Origin: Flavobacteriaceae bacterium
GTDB taxonomy: Bacteria > Bacteroidota > Bacteroidia > Flavobacteriales > Flavobacteriaceae
Assembly (NCBI GenBank): GCA_025800395.1
Contig: JAOXRU010000126.1
Span: forward strand, 9,717 to 73,716
Reading direction: 5' to 3'
Length of the DNA: 64,000 nucleotides
The notes beneath the pieces are model-generated. The model searched no databases. It saw only the letters and a program-made list of their open reading frames with translations, and was not told where the DNA came from. How positions within the stretch are numbered: the first letter of the stretch is position 1; the number at the start of each line of letters is the position of its first letter. This document shows positions 1 to 8,943 of this stretch, piece after piece. The translations under genes and the position numbers were made by a program.

Positions 1-1
1 T

Positions 2-697
2 GTTTCGCCAAATCCTGAGGATTGTAAGCAATGGTGTTATAAATCTTATCCCGCAGAGTTTCGTACGATAAATGTTCAGGAATTGGCTCAAGATGCTACG
101 ACTACTTCATCAAGTTTGGCCGAAAGTAGAGGTACCTACACAAAAACTGTGGTGACCGAAGCGGCTAGAGTGGAAGAGATAGATATTCCTGCGGAATATC
201 GTGAAATCACCAAAACTGTAATGGTTAATGATGCAAGAACAGTAAAAGAAACTATAGATGCGGTTTACAAAGATGTTACTGTAGAAGTATTAAAGGAAAA
301 GGGTGGTGTTGTAAGCTGGAAGGCTGTAGAGTGCGACTTGGTAGAGTATCAAGCATTGCCGATAAATTGGAACCTCGGTAGTGCAACACTTACTTCAAAA
401 GCGAAGAGTATTATAGATACTAAATTGATGCCTTTATTGGAAAAGAATAAGGGAGTGAAGTTAGAAATTGCTTCACATACAGATTCACGTGGTTCTGCTT
501 CTTCCAATCAGGATTTGTCTGAAAGAAGAGCAAGAGCAGTTGTGGAATATTTGGCAAATAAGGGAATTAATAGAAGTCTTTTGGTAGCCAATGGATACGG
601 AGAAAGAAGACTGAAAAACCGTTGTGCCGATGGTGTTTCTTGTACGGAAAGAGAACATTTGGCAAATAGAAGAACAGAATTTCGTTTGATCAATTAA
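2..697 (+). CDS. OmpA-family outer-membrane/peptidoglycan-associated protein, C-terminal part (5' end lies outside the window)
   Basis: The frame is open from nt 2 with no stop, so the listed TTG at 83 is probably internal. The C-terminal ~110 aa carry the OmpA_C-like pattern (LEIASHTDSRGS...NQDLSERRARAVVEYL...NGYGE...NRRTEF). Confidence 0.8.
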   Translation, partial: VSPNPEDCKQWCYKSYPAEFRTINVQELAQDATTTSSSLAESRGTYTKTVVTEAARVEEIDIPAEYREITKTVMVNDARTVKETIDAVYKDVTVEVLKEKGGVVSWKAVECDLVEYQALPINWNLGSATLTSKAKSIIDTKLMPLLEKNKGVKLEIASHTDSRGSASSNQDLSERRARAVVEYLANKGINRSLLVANGYGERRLKNRCADGVSCTEREHLANRRTEFRLIN

Positions 698-721
698 GCG
701 ACACGATTTTAAAGTTTATAG

Positions 722-754
722 CCGTCCTAAAATCTGATTTAGGGCGGTTTTTTT
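722..754 (+). terminator. Intrinsic terminator after the OmpA-family gene
   Basis: CCGTCCTAAA / TTTAGGGCGG stem (one G-U pair) with a 6-nt loop, followed by a T7 tract. Confidence 0.6.
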
Positions 755-989
755 ATGGGGGCTTAGGTAAATACGCCTAGCCAATAGTGATTATATTATT
801 TTGTTTAATGTAAGAAGGTAACGCGGTGGCAAGCATAAGGCAAAATGAGATGGTAGTAACTAAAACTTCAGGCTGTTTTTTAGAAGAAATATGGGATATT
901 ACAATTTTTGGTACTATAATTGCGTTATTAAACAAATTTTGAGGATTTTTCTCTTTCGTATTCCTTCCTTAATCAAGCCAAAATATATA

Positions 990-1451
990 ATGATGAGAAT
1001 CTTAGTGGTTAGTTTATATTTATGTCTGTGTTGTAATGCAGATAAGGTATTGGCGCAGAGCAATACACCTGTCGGTGATTGGTTGGTCAATCTGGAAAAA
1101 GCCCAGAAAAAAGCAAAAAAAGAAAACAAAAAGATACTTCTTTACTTTAGTGGAAGCGATTGGTGTGGACCGTGTAAAGCATTGCAACGCGATTTTTTTA
1201 GCGAAAACAGTTTTGCAAATTACAACAAGCACTATGTGATGGTGTATATAGATATTCCAAGAAGAGTAGATATACTGACTAGCAAACAAAGGGCTTATAA
1301 TAAAGGTTTGATGCGCCGATATAACTCCAGAAAAGCATTTCCTCTAATGATGATTGTAGATCCTAATGGGAAAGTAATAGACGAGTTGGCTGGATATAGT
1401 GGTGGAGATACGAGCTATCACAAAACACTTCTTGATAAGTATAGGGTCTAA
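990..1451 (+). CDS. Secreted thioredoxin-fold protein (CGPC active site)
   Basis: SGSDWCGPCKAL redox motif. Start moved from 891 to the ATG at 990, which gives a signal-like N-terminus (MMRILVVSLYLCLCCNADKVLAQ). Confidence 0.75.
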   Translation: MMRILVVSLYLCLCCNADKVLAQSNTPVGDWLVNLEKAQKKAKKENKKILLYFSGSDWCGPCKALQRDFFSENSFANYNKHYVMVYIDIPRRVDILTSKQRAYNKGLMRRYNSRKAFPLMMIVDPNGKVIDELAGYSGGDTSYHKTLLDKYRV

Positions 1452-1548
1452 GATAAAATCATTGTATAGGAATACATAGAATGCGGTAAGGAAAAGAAAT
1501 GGAGGATAAGAATTATTGAATTTTTCTATGTTTACTTGTAAATACTGC

Positions 1549-1556
1549 TAATTTTG
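1549..1556 (+). promoter_or_regulatory. Bacteroidota-type -7 box TAATTTTG (TAnnTTTG)
   Basis: Exact match to TAnnTTTG. It ends 4 nt before the ATG at 1561 and 25 nt before the ATG at 1582, which favours 1582 as the real start. Confidence 0.4.
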
Positions 1557-1581
1557 TACTATGCATAAAAGTGGATATCTT

Positions 1582-3639
1582 ATGGAAAGAACCCCCCCAA
1601 AGGCAATACAAAAACCACATACCTTAGAGATACATGGCGATAAGCGTATCGACCCTTTTTTTTGGATGCGAGAAAAAGATAGTGAAGAGGTAAAAGCCTA
1701 TTTGGAGGCAGAAAATACCTATTTTAAAGAGGAGATGTCGGATCATAAAGATTTTCAAGAAGCACTCTTCCAAGAAATGAAATCTCGTATTAAAGAAAAT
1801 GATAATACCGTTCCATACAAATACAATGGCTATTGGTATATTACTCGATACGAAATTGGTAAAGATTATCCAATATATACCCGCAAAAAAGAAAGTTTGG
1901 AGGCTGAAGAGGAGGTGTTGTTTGACTGCAACCAAATGGCCAAAGGACATAACTATTTTCACCTACGTGGTATCAATATAAGTGAGGACAATCGTTTTGC
2001 TGCTTTTGGAGTGGATACACTCAGTAGGAGACAGTATCAAATCCAAATTAAAGATTTACAGACGGGTGAGATTTTGCCTGAAAGCATCCAAAATACGACA
2101 GGGGCTTCTACCTGGGCAAAGGACAATGCTTCTCTGTTTTATACTCGCAAGGACGCAGTTACCTTGCGTTCGCATTCGATCTACAAACACAAAAGAGGTG
2201 CTAAGGTGGAGGAAGATGTTTTGGTATACGAAGAAATAGACGAAACCTTCAACACTTTTATATACAAAAGCAAATCTAATGCCTACCTTATTATAGGCTC
2301 GGGTAGCACCATGACCTCCGAATACCAGATTTTGGAAGCCGATAATCCAGATGGTGAATTTCGGATGTTTCAAAAACGCACTCGTGGGTTGGAATATGGA
2401 ATTTCCCATTTTGAAGATAAATTTTACATAGTAACCAACAAGGATAACGCAGTTAATTTTCAATTGATGGAAACCGAGCTTTCGAAAACGGAATCTATAC
2501 ATTGGAAAACCCTTATAGCGCATAGAGATGCTGTTTTATTGGAAGATATAGATGTGTTTAAAGATTATTTGGTGGTAACCGAAAGAAGTAATGGACTCAC
2601 CCAGTTGCAAATTCGACCTTGGGATGCCAATAAAAAAGCCTACTATTTGCCTTTTGAAAGCAATACCTATACAGCCTATTCGGCTACCAATGTAGATTTT
2701 GACACCCATGTTTTGCGTTATGGATATTCGTCTTTTACAACTCCAATGTCGGTTATCGATTTTAATATGCATACCAAGGAGAAAGTGGTTATGAAGGAAC
2801 AAGAAGTTCTCGATGCAAATTTTGACAAAACCAACTATCGTTCCCAGCGTATTTGGGCCGAAGCTGAGGATGGCACGCAAATACCTATTTCTATGGTGCA
2901 TCACAAAGACACCATCCTAAAGTCCGACACCCCCTTATTGTTGTATGCCTATGGCGCATATGGATATACCTTAGATGTGTATTTTTCGAGCTCGCGATTG
3001 ACTTTGCTCAATCGCGGATTTGTATATGCAGTGGCTCATGTGAGAGGAGGAGAGTATTTGGGGAGAAATTGGTACGAAACAGGAAAGCTTTTTGAAAAGA
3101 AAAATACGTTTACAGACTTTGTTGCTTGTTCACAGCATTTGATTGCGCAAAATTACACCAGCAACCAACATTTATATGCCATGGGTGGGAGTGCAGGTGG
3201 TTTGTTGATGGGCGTTATAGCCAACACCCATCCACAATTATTCAGAGGCATAGTGGCATCAGTACCCTTTGTGGATGTGGTGACTACGATGTTGGACGAA
3301 TCTATTCCGCTGACCACCGGGGAATATGACGAATGGGGTAATCCAAACCAAAAAGCCTTTTACGATTATATCAAATCCTATTCGCCATACGACAATATTT
3401 GCGCTCAGAATTATCCGCATATGTTTGTAACCTCGGGTTATCACGATTCTCAAGTACAGTATTGGGAGCCGACCAAATGGGTAGCCAAACTGAGAGAAGC
3501 AAATACGGCAGATACCAAGATTTTATATCATTGTAATATGGATACCGGACATGGAGGTTCTTCAGGTAGATTTGAGGCACTGAAAGAGTTGGCGGAGGAA
3601 TATACCTTTTTGTTTTGTTTAGAAGGAATTTCCAATTAA
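1582..3639 (+). CDS. ptrB: Oligopeptidase B / S9A prolyl-oligopeptidase-family serine protease
   Basis: N-terminal beta-propeller-type region followed by a C-terminal alpha/beta hydrolase with the nucleophile motif [10 protein letters not shown] and downstream Asp/His region (GYHDSQV...DTGHGG). Alternative start at 1561. Confidence 0.9.
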   Translation: MERTPPKAIQKPHTLEIHGDKRIDPFFWMREKDSEEVKAYLEAENTYFKEEMSDHKDFQEALFQEMKSRIKENDNTVPYKYNGYWYITRYEIGKDYPIYTRKKESLEAEEEVLFDCNQMAKGHNYFHLRGINISEDNRFAAFGVDTLSRRQYQIQIKDLQTGEILPESIQNTTGASTWAKDNASLFYTRKDAVTLRSHSIYKHKRGAKVEEDVLVYEEIDETFNTFIYKSKSNAYLIIGSGSTMTSEYQILEADNPDGEFRMFQKRTRGLEYGISHFEDKFYIVTNKDNAVNFQLMETELSKTESIHWKTLIAHRDAVLLEDIDVFKDYLVVTERSNGLTQLQIRPWDANKKAYYLPFESNTYTAYSATNVDFDTHVLRYGYSSFTTPMSVIDFNMHTKEKVVMKEQEVLDANFDKTNYRSQRIWAEAEDGTQIPISMVHHKDTILKSDTPLLLYAYGAYGYTLDVYFSSSRLTLLNRGFVYAVAHVRGGEYLGRNWYETGKLFEKKNTFTDFVACSQHLIAQNYTSNQHLYAMGGSAGGLLMGVIANTHPQLFRGIVASVPFVDVVTTMLDESIPLTTGEYDEWGNPNQKAFYDYIKSYSPYDNICAQNYPHMFVTSGYHDSQVQYWEPTKWVAKLREANTADTKILYHCNMDTGHGGSSGRFEALKELAEEYTFLFCLEGISN

Positions 3640-3648
3640 AAAAATTTA

Positions 3649-3656
3649 TATATTTG
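3649..3656 (+). promoter_or_regulatory. -7 box TATATTTG
   Basis: Exact TAnnTTTG match upstream of the PLP-enzyme gene. Confidence 0.4.
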
Positions 3657-3706
3657 TACTGTTTGTGCCTATCCAAAAAGGGTACAGATGTAAAGGATAT
3701 TTAGTT

Positions 3707-4744
3707 ATGAATTACCATAAAAAACCTTACAACAATGTGCTGGAACTAATAGGCCAAAGTCCTATGATAAAACTCCAAAAAACTACAGCAGATTTAAAGG
3801 GTAATTATTTCGCAAAGGTGGAAGGATTTAATCCTGGACATTCTGCCAAAGATCGTATCGCCTTGTATATCATAGAAAAAGCCGAAAGTGAGGGGCTATT
3901 GAAGCCCGGAGACACCATAGTAGAAACCACTTCTGGTAATACAGGTTTTAGTTTAGCTATGGTAAGTGTTATCAAAGGCTATAATTGTATTTTGGCGGTG
4001 AGCTCCAAGTCTTCGCAAGATAAAATAGATATGTTGCGTGCTATGGGCGCCCAAGTACATGTTTGCCCTGCGCATGTGAGTGCAGATGATCCTAGATCGT
4101 ACTATGAAGTAGCCAAAAGATTGCACAAAGAAACCCCAGGTTCCATTTATATCAATCAGTATTTTAATGAGTTGAATATAGATGCACACTACCAAACTAC
4201 AGGACCTGAAATATGGGATCAAACACAAGGTAAAATTACCCATCTGATAGCTTGTAGTGGTACAGGTGGTACAATTTCTGGTATTGGTAGATACTTAAAA
4301 GAACAAAATCCTGAGGTGAAAATCTTGGGTGTGGATGCTTTTGGGTCTGTTTTACAAAAATATCATAAAACAGGAGAGTTAGATAAAAATGAAATTTATC
4401 CGTATCGTATAGAAGGTTTGGGGAAAAACCTTATCCCATCAGCTACAGATTTTGGGATTATCGATACTTTTATGAAGGTAAGTGATGAAGCGGCTGCACA
4501 TGCTGCAAGAGCTATTTCGAGAGAAGAAGGTATTTTTGTTGGATATACTAGTGGCGCTGCTTTTCAGGCCGCCAAGCAATATGCTGAGGAAGGAATGTTT
4601 GACGAAAATTCGCTAGTAGTCATATTGTTTCCAGACCATGGATCTCGCTATATGAGCAAAATATATAGTGATGCTTGGATGGAAGACCAAGGTTTTCTCG
4701 ATGCCCAGCATCAGGATCTAAAGCCTTTACATGAAGTGCATTAG
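3707..4744 (+). CDS. PLP-dependent beta-replacement enzyme of the cysteine synthase / cystathionine-beta-synthase family, without CBS domains (candidate cysteate synthase CapA-like)
   Basis: PLP-lysine motif [17 protein letters not shown] loop and GTGGTISG phosphate loop. ATG at 3707 preferred over the listed GTG at 3665. Confidence 0.85.
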   Translation: MNYHKKPYNNVLELIGQSPMIKLQKTTADLKGNYFAKVEGFNPGHSAKDRIALYIIEKAESEGLLKPGDTIVETTSGNTGFSLAMVSVIKGYNCILAVSSKSSQDKIDMLRAMGAQVHVCPAHVSADDPRSYYEVAKRLHKETPGSIYINQYFNELNIDAHYQTTGPEIWDQTQGKITHLIACSGTGGTISGIGRYLKEQNPEVKILGVDAFGSVLQKYHKTGELDKNEIYPYRIEGLGKNLIPSATDFGIIDTFMKVSDEAAAHAARAISREEGIFVGYTSGAAFQAAKQYAEEGMFDENSLVVILFPDHGSRYMSKIYSDAWMEDQGFLDAQHQDLKPLHEVH

Positions 4745-4768
4745 GAATCCTATTTATAGAAATTATAG

Positions 4769-4797
4769 AAGGCGGTCTTGTTGGATCGCCTTTTTTT
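4769..4797 (+). terminator. Intrinsic terminator
   Basis: AAGGCGGTCT / GGATCGCCTT stem (two G-U pairs) with a 4-nt loop, followed by T7. Confidence 0.6.
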
Positions 4798-4967
4798 GTA
4801 ATAGATTTTGATTGGGTTTCTTGCTATTAAATAAAATGATATTAATGGGGTTTTGATTTTGGTTTAAAAGATGGAGCTGTAGTCCTAGAAACCACGTAGG
4901 CTATAGCTTTGACCGATATAGAGGTGTTGAAAGCACAAAATAATTATGATAGGAAAACTAAATTGGC

Positions 4968-4975
4968 TAATTTTG
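4968..4975 (+). promoter_or_regulatory. -7 box TAATTTTG
   Basis: Exact TAnnTTTG match 26 nt upstream of the ATG at 5002. Confidence 0.4.
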
Positions 4976-5001
4976 CATCTTAAATATAAAGAAACACTCT
5001 T

Positions 5002-6261
5002 ATGAGAGATTTGTTTGATAGAATTATTGAAAACAAAGGACCATTGGGAAAATGGGCCTCGCAAGCGGAAGGCTATTTTGTTTTTCCAAAATTAGAAGGT
5101 CCTATTTCCAATAGAATGAAATTCCAAGGGAAAGATGTAATTACTTGGAGTATCAACGATTATTTGGGACTTGCTAGTCGGCCAGATGTACGTGCCGTAG
5201 ATGCGCAAGCTGCCGTAGACTATGGTTCGGCTTATCCTATGGGTGCTCGTATGATGAGTGGACATACCGATTTGCACGAGAAATTACAAAACGAATTGGC
5301 TGCTTTTGTACATAAGGAAGCTGCGTACTTGCTCAATTTTGGGTATCAAGGAATGGTATCTACCATAGACGCTTTGGTTTCCAAAGATGATGTGATCGTA
5401 TATGATGTAGATGCGCATGCATGTATAATCGATGGAGTGCGCTTGCACCATGGAAAACGATTCACCTACAAGCACAATGATCTTGAAAGTATTGAGAAAA
5501 ACCTACAACGTGCGGTAAAAATAGCCGAACAAACAGGAGGAGGTATCTTATTGATTTCCGAAGGTGTTTTTGGAATGCGAGGTGAACAAGGAAGATTGAA
5601 AGAAATTGTTGCTCTTAAAGAAAAATACAATTTCCGCCTATTGGTAGATGATGCGCACGGATTTGGTACCTTGGGTAAAACTGGCGCTGGTGCTGGCGAA
5701 GAACAAGGCATACAAGATGGTATCGATGTGTACTTTGCTACTTTTGCTAAAGCTATGGCGAGTACTGGGGCTTTTATCGCTGCAGATCAGGAGATCATCG
5801 ATTACTTAAAATACAATTTGCGTTCGCAAATGTTTGCCAAATCTCTTCAAATGCAATTGGTGATTGGTGCCCTGAAACGACTAGATATGTTGCGAAGCAT
5901 GCCAGAGCTTAGAGAAAAGTTATGGGAAAATGTAAATGCTCTGCAAAATGGCCTCAAAGAAAGAGGGTTTGATATAGGTACCACACAAAGTTGTGTTACA
6001 CCTGTATATCTTAAAGGAAGTATACCCGAAGCAATGGCTCTGGTAAAAGATCTACGCGAAAATCACGGTATATTTTGTTCTATAGTGGTATATCCGGTGA
6101 TTCCAAAAGGATTGATCTTGTTGCGACTAATACCTACTGCAACCCATACCTTAGAGGATGTGGAAGAAACACTCGTTGCTTTCTCCGCTATTAGAGAGCG
6201 TTTGGAAAATGGCACTTATAAAAGACTGTCTGCTGCCGTTTCTGCCCTTATGGGAGAATAA
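5002..6261 (+). CDS. alpha-oxoamine synthase family PLP acyltransferase (serine palmitoyltransferase / AONS / Kbl-like; candidate cysteate-C-fatty acyltransferase CapB-like)
   Basis: Length and motifs fit the AONS family: NDYLGL, DDAHGFG, and a PLP-lysine region ATFAKAMAS. Confidence 0.85.
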   Translation: MRDLFDRIIENKGPLGKWASQAEGYFVFPKLEGPISNRMKFQGKDVITWSINDYLGLASRPDVRAVDAQAAVDYGSAYPMGARMMSGHTDLHEKLQNELAAFVHKEAAYLLNFGYQGMVSTIDALVSKDDVIVYDVDAHACIIDGVRLHHGKRFTYKHNDLESIEKNLQRAVKIAEQTGGGILLISEGVFGMRGEQGRLKEIVALKEKYNFRLLVDDAHGFGTLGKTGAGAGEEQGIQDGIDVYFATFAKAMASTGAFIAADQEIIDYLKYNLRSQMFAKSLQMQLVIGALKRLDMLRSMPELREKLWENVNALQNGLKERGFDIGTTQSCVTPVYLKGSIPEAMALVKDLRENHGIFCSIVVYPVIPKGLILLRLIPTATHTLEDVEETLVAFSAIRERLENGTYKRLSAAVSALMGE

Positions 6262-6271
6262 TAAAGAAACA

Positions 6272-6323
6272 ATATAGATATAAAAAAATCCCGTTATTAA
6301 ACGGGATTTTTTTATATCTATAT
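6272..6323. terminator. Bidirectional terminator between convergent genes (perfect 23-bp inverted repeat)
   Basis: ATATAGATATAAAAAAATCCCGT (6272-6294) and ACGGGATTTTTTTATATCTATAT (6301-6323) are exact reverse complements with a 6-nt loop. A/T tracts on both sides. Confidence 0.75.
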
Positions 6324-6330
6324 GTAAAAA

Positions 6331-7449
6331 CTATAGGTCTATTTTAAAAGTGCTACGCTTTTTGAAAACTACTGGCTTGAATTCGGTCCACAAACTTTGA
6401 ATAGCGTGATTGTCTTCTAATTCTGGAGTGCGAATGCAATTTTTGATGCCTTTCTCTTTAAAAACATCGTAATAGTGGCTAAATATAATTGCAGTAACTC
6501 CTTTGCTTTGGTATTCGGGTTGGATACCAATTAAATAAAACAATACCGTTTTACTATGTTTTTTGGCTTTTAGCAACTTCAAAAATCCGAAAGGGAATAG
6601 TTTGCCTTTAATTTGTTGCAAAGCTTCAGAAAAGGAAGGCATCACTATGGCAAACGAAATGATTTTTCCGTTTTCATCCAAAACAAAGTGAATATACTCG
6701 GGATTGATAAAACTGATATATTTTTTTTTGAAATAGGCCTTTTGCGCATCGTTTATGGCAACATGGGAAGACAATTTGCTGTAGGAAGCGTTGAACAAAT
6801 CAAACATTTCATCTACATAGGGTAGGATATCCTTGGTCTGTTTAAAGGATTTTGGAGTGAGTTTGTATCGACCTTGTACGATGCTAGAAATCTTCTTGAA
6901 CTTGGTTGGTTCCACCGCAGAAAAATTGAATTTTTGTTCCAAATATTTTTTTTCTGGCAGCAGACCATGTGCAATATAATGATTGACATAATAGTCGTGG
7001 TTATACCAAGTAATCATGGATCCAATATGATCAAAACCTTCGGTTAGCACCCCTACTTTATCCATATTAGAGAAGCCAATAGGTCCTTCAGCAAATTCGA
7101 GTTTGTGAGCCTTTCCAATTTGATAGGCCTTATCTAGGAGGATTTTGGAAACTTCCATATCATCTATAAAATCGAACCAACCAAAACGCAATTTGGCTAT
7201 TTTTTGTTCTTTGACCTCTGTCCAATTGATCATGACTGTAATACGGCCTACAATTTCACCATTGCGGTAAGCCAAAAACCACCATGCATCTGCTGTTTGA
7301 AAAGCAGGGTTTTTGCCCTGATCAAAGGAAGCCAATTCTTCGCTTATAATGGGTGGTACCCAATAAGGGTTGTCTTTGTAAAGCTGAAATGGAAATTGTA
7401 CAAATTTTTTTAGATCCGACCTAGAACTAATCTCTTTTATAGTTAGCAT
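6331..7449 (-). CDS. Uncharacterised GNAT-like acyltransferase-fold protein (~370 aa Bacteroidota family)
   Basis: N-terminus FPFQLYKDNPYWVPPI and C-terminal IGIQPEYQSKGVTAII resemble an acyl-CoA N-acyltransferase core. Called from memory of family motifs only. Confidence 0.5.
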   Translation of the reverse strand: MLTIKEISSRSDLKKFVQFPFQLYKDNPYWVPPIISEELASFDQGKNPAFQTADAWWFLAYRNGEIVGRITVMINWTEVKEQKIAKLRFGWFDFIDDMEVSKILLDKAYQIGKAHKLEFAEGPIGFSNMDKVGVLTEGFDHIGSMITWYNHDYYVNHYIAHGLLPEKKYLEQKFNFSAVEPTKFKKISSIVQGRYKLTPKSFKQTKDILPYVDEMFDLFNASYSKLSSHVAINDAQKAYFKKKYISFINPEYIHFVLDENGKIISFAIVMPSFSEALQQIKGKLFPFGFLKLLKAKKHSKTVLFYLIGIQPEYQSKGVTAIIFSHYYDVFKEKGIKNCIRTPELEDNHAIQSLWTEFKPVVFKKRSTFKIDL

Positions 7450-7470
7450 AATATTCTTTATGCTGCTAAT

Positions 7471-8451
7471 TTAGAAATCTTTTTTCTTTCGACGTTTGTT
7501 CTTTCTTTTATTTTTTCTTTGGGCTTTGCGGATTGCTTTTTCGTTTGATTTTCCTTTAACTGTAAAACTATCTTTGTGATAATCGAGTCTGTAGGAAATA
7601 CCGATGCTGCCAAAAATTTTACTCGGCGTATCTTTAAAATTGGTTCCGATACTTAGATCGAGCTGCATATCTTTGCTCCACAAATAGGCCGTTCCAGCAC
7701 GTATCAAGGCATCTTTATATCTTTCACTAGATACTCCCTGATATTCTGTAAACAAAGACCATTTTGGATTGCGAAGCGCATGGGTAATAGTGAGTATGTA
7801 ATTCCATTCTGGGAAATCAGAACCGATTTTGTCGTATCCCAAATTAAAAACCATTACCCAACTTGGTGTAATATGGCTTTGACTTGCCAACATCACTTTT
7901 GGACTTACCATTGGATCTTTTGGGAAAAAGGCATTATCACTTAGGGTAAAATGAGCTCCAGCATAGAGAGAGATTGCAGGGATCAGATTGCGCCAGCGGA
8001 AACTGTTGTTGGCTTTCCAGCTATATAGGTTAGGCTTGTTTTTGTCTGGGTTTTTAAACGGATCGTAAATTAGAAATTTTGCACCCGCTATCAATTTGGT
8101 GAAATCCGTCTTGGTTTCGGTTACCTCTGGGATAGGGTTTTGAAAAACCGTTTTGTCATTGAAATAGGCGCCTTCTACAAATAATTCTAATTGCTCAAAA
8201 AACAACCCATAACGCAATGCAAAGTCTACACCAAGAAGCTTGCTGTCGGTGTTTTTGATAAAATGTTGGTTTTGTTCATGGGTAATTCCCATTTCTGCTT
8301 GGATAACATTTTTACCTACAGAAAAAGCACTTTGGGATTCGCCTGGTCTATTCGAATTGATGACTTCTGTATACTGGGGGTATCCAAAAAAAGGTATACT
8401 ATAAAAAGAAATGTACAACATTTTTTTACCAATAGACCACATATACTTCAT
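7471..8451 (-). CDS. Outer-membrane beta-barrel protein (MetA/phenol-degradation-like transporter family) with a basic C-terminal tail
   Basis: Signal-like N-terminus, NRPGESQSAFSVGKNVIQAEMG motif, and alternating amphipathic strands up to GISYRLD. It ends in the tail KAIRKAQRKNKRKNKRRKKKDF. The GNAT-like gene starts 21 nt downstream, so co-transcription is likely. Confidence 0.55.
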   Translation of the reverse strand: MKYMWSIGKKMLYISFYSIPFFGYPQYTEVINSNRPGESQSAFSVGKNVIQAEMGITHEQNQHFIKNTDSKLLGVDFALRYGLFFEQLELFVEGAYFNDKTVFQNPIPEVTETKTDFTKLIAGAKFLIYDPFKNPDKNKPNLYSWKANNSFRWRNLIPAISLYAGAHFTLSDNAFFPKDPMVSPKVMLASQSHITPSWVMVFNLGYDKIGSDFPEWNYILTITHALRNPKWSLFTEYQGVSSERYKDALIRAGTAYLWSKDMQLDLSIGTNFKDTPSKIFGSIGISYRLDYHKDSFTVKGKSNEKAIRKAQRKNKRKNKRRKKKDF

Positions 8452-8680
8452 ATCTTCTGCTTGTTTAATGCTTTTTTACTAACGCTTTTTTGATTGCAAA
8501 AGCTTTTTTTTGCAAATAAAACGCTGGTATTGAGTTAAAAACTTAACTTTAAGACAATTTTTTGTCTTCCTTTTCTATATTAAAACGTTAGAGTTGTATT
8601 TTTGTTTTAAAAGCAAGTAAGAATGGAGGTGTAGAAAAAGGAATAGATCCTTTTTGTGGTTTCCAAATGAAGTCTAAAAC

Positions 8681-8935
8681 ATGGCATTTTTAAAATTTTT
8701 ATTAATTATACTTTTGGTGTTTTACCTACTCAAATTGTTGGGAAGGATGTTTGCACCATATTTAGCCAAAACCATGGCAAAAAAAATGGAGCATATGATG
8801 AAAGAACAGTATCAGCAAAAACATGCTCCAGAACAAAAAGTTGGGGAAACCGTTGTGGATAAACAACCAGCCGCTTCTACCAAAAAGTCCAACAAAGATG
8901 TTGGAGAGTATATCGACTTTGAAGAAATAAACTAA
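8681..8935 (+). CDS. Small membrane protein, DUF4834-like
   Basis: A single N-terminal TM helix (FLKFLLIILLVFYLLKLL) and a conserved-looking C-terminus GEYIDFEEIN. It lies 8 nt upstream of the next gene. Confidence 0.6.
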   Translation: MAFLKFLLIILLVFYLLKLLGRMFAPYLAKTMAKKMEHMMKEQYQQKHAPEQKVGETVVDKQPAASTKKSNKDVGEYIDFEEIN

Positions 8936-8943
8936 TTCATCCT

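Noticed and set aside
891-989. N-terminal 33-aa extension of the thioredoxin-fold gene, and similar upstream extensions at 3665, 11318, 22225, 27530 and 28932 in the ORF track
   Set aside because: In each case the downstream ATG gives a proper signal peptide or lipobox, removes an overlap with the preceding gene, or fits the position of a -7 box. The extensions look like read-through of intergenic sequence.
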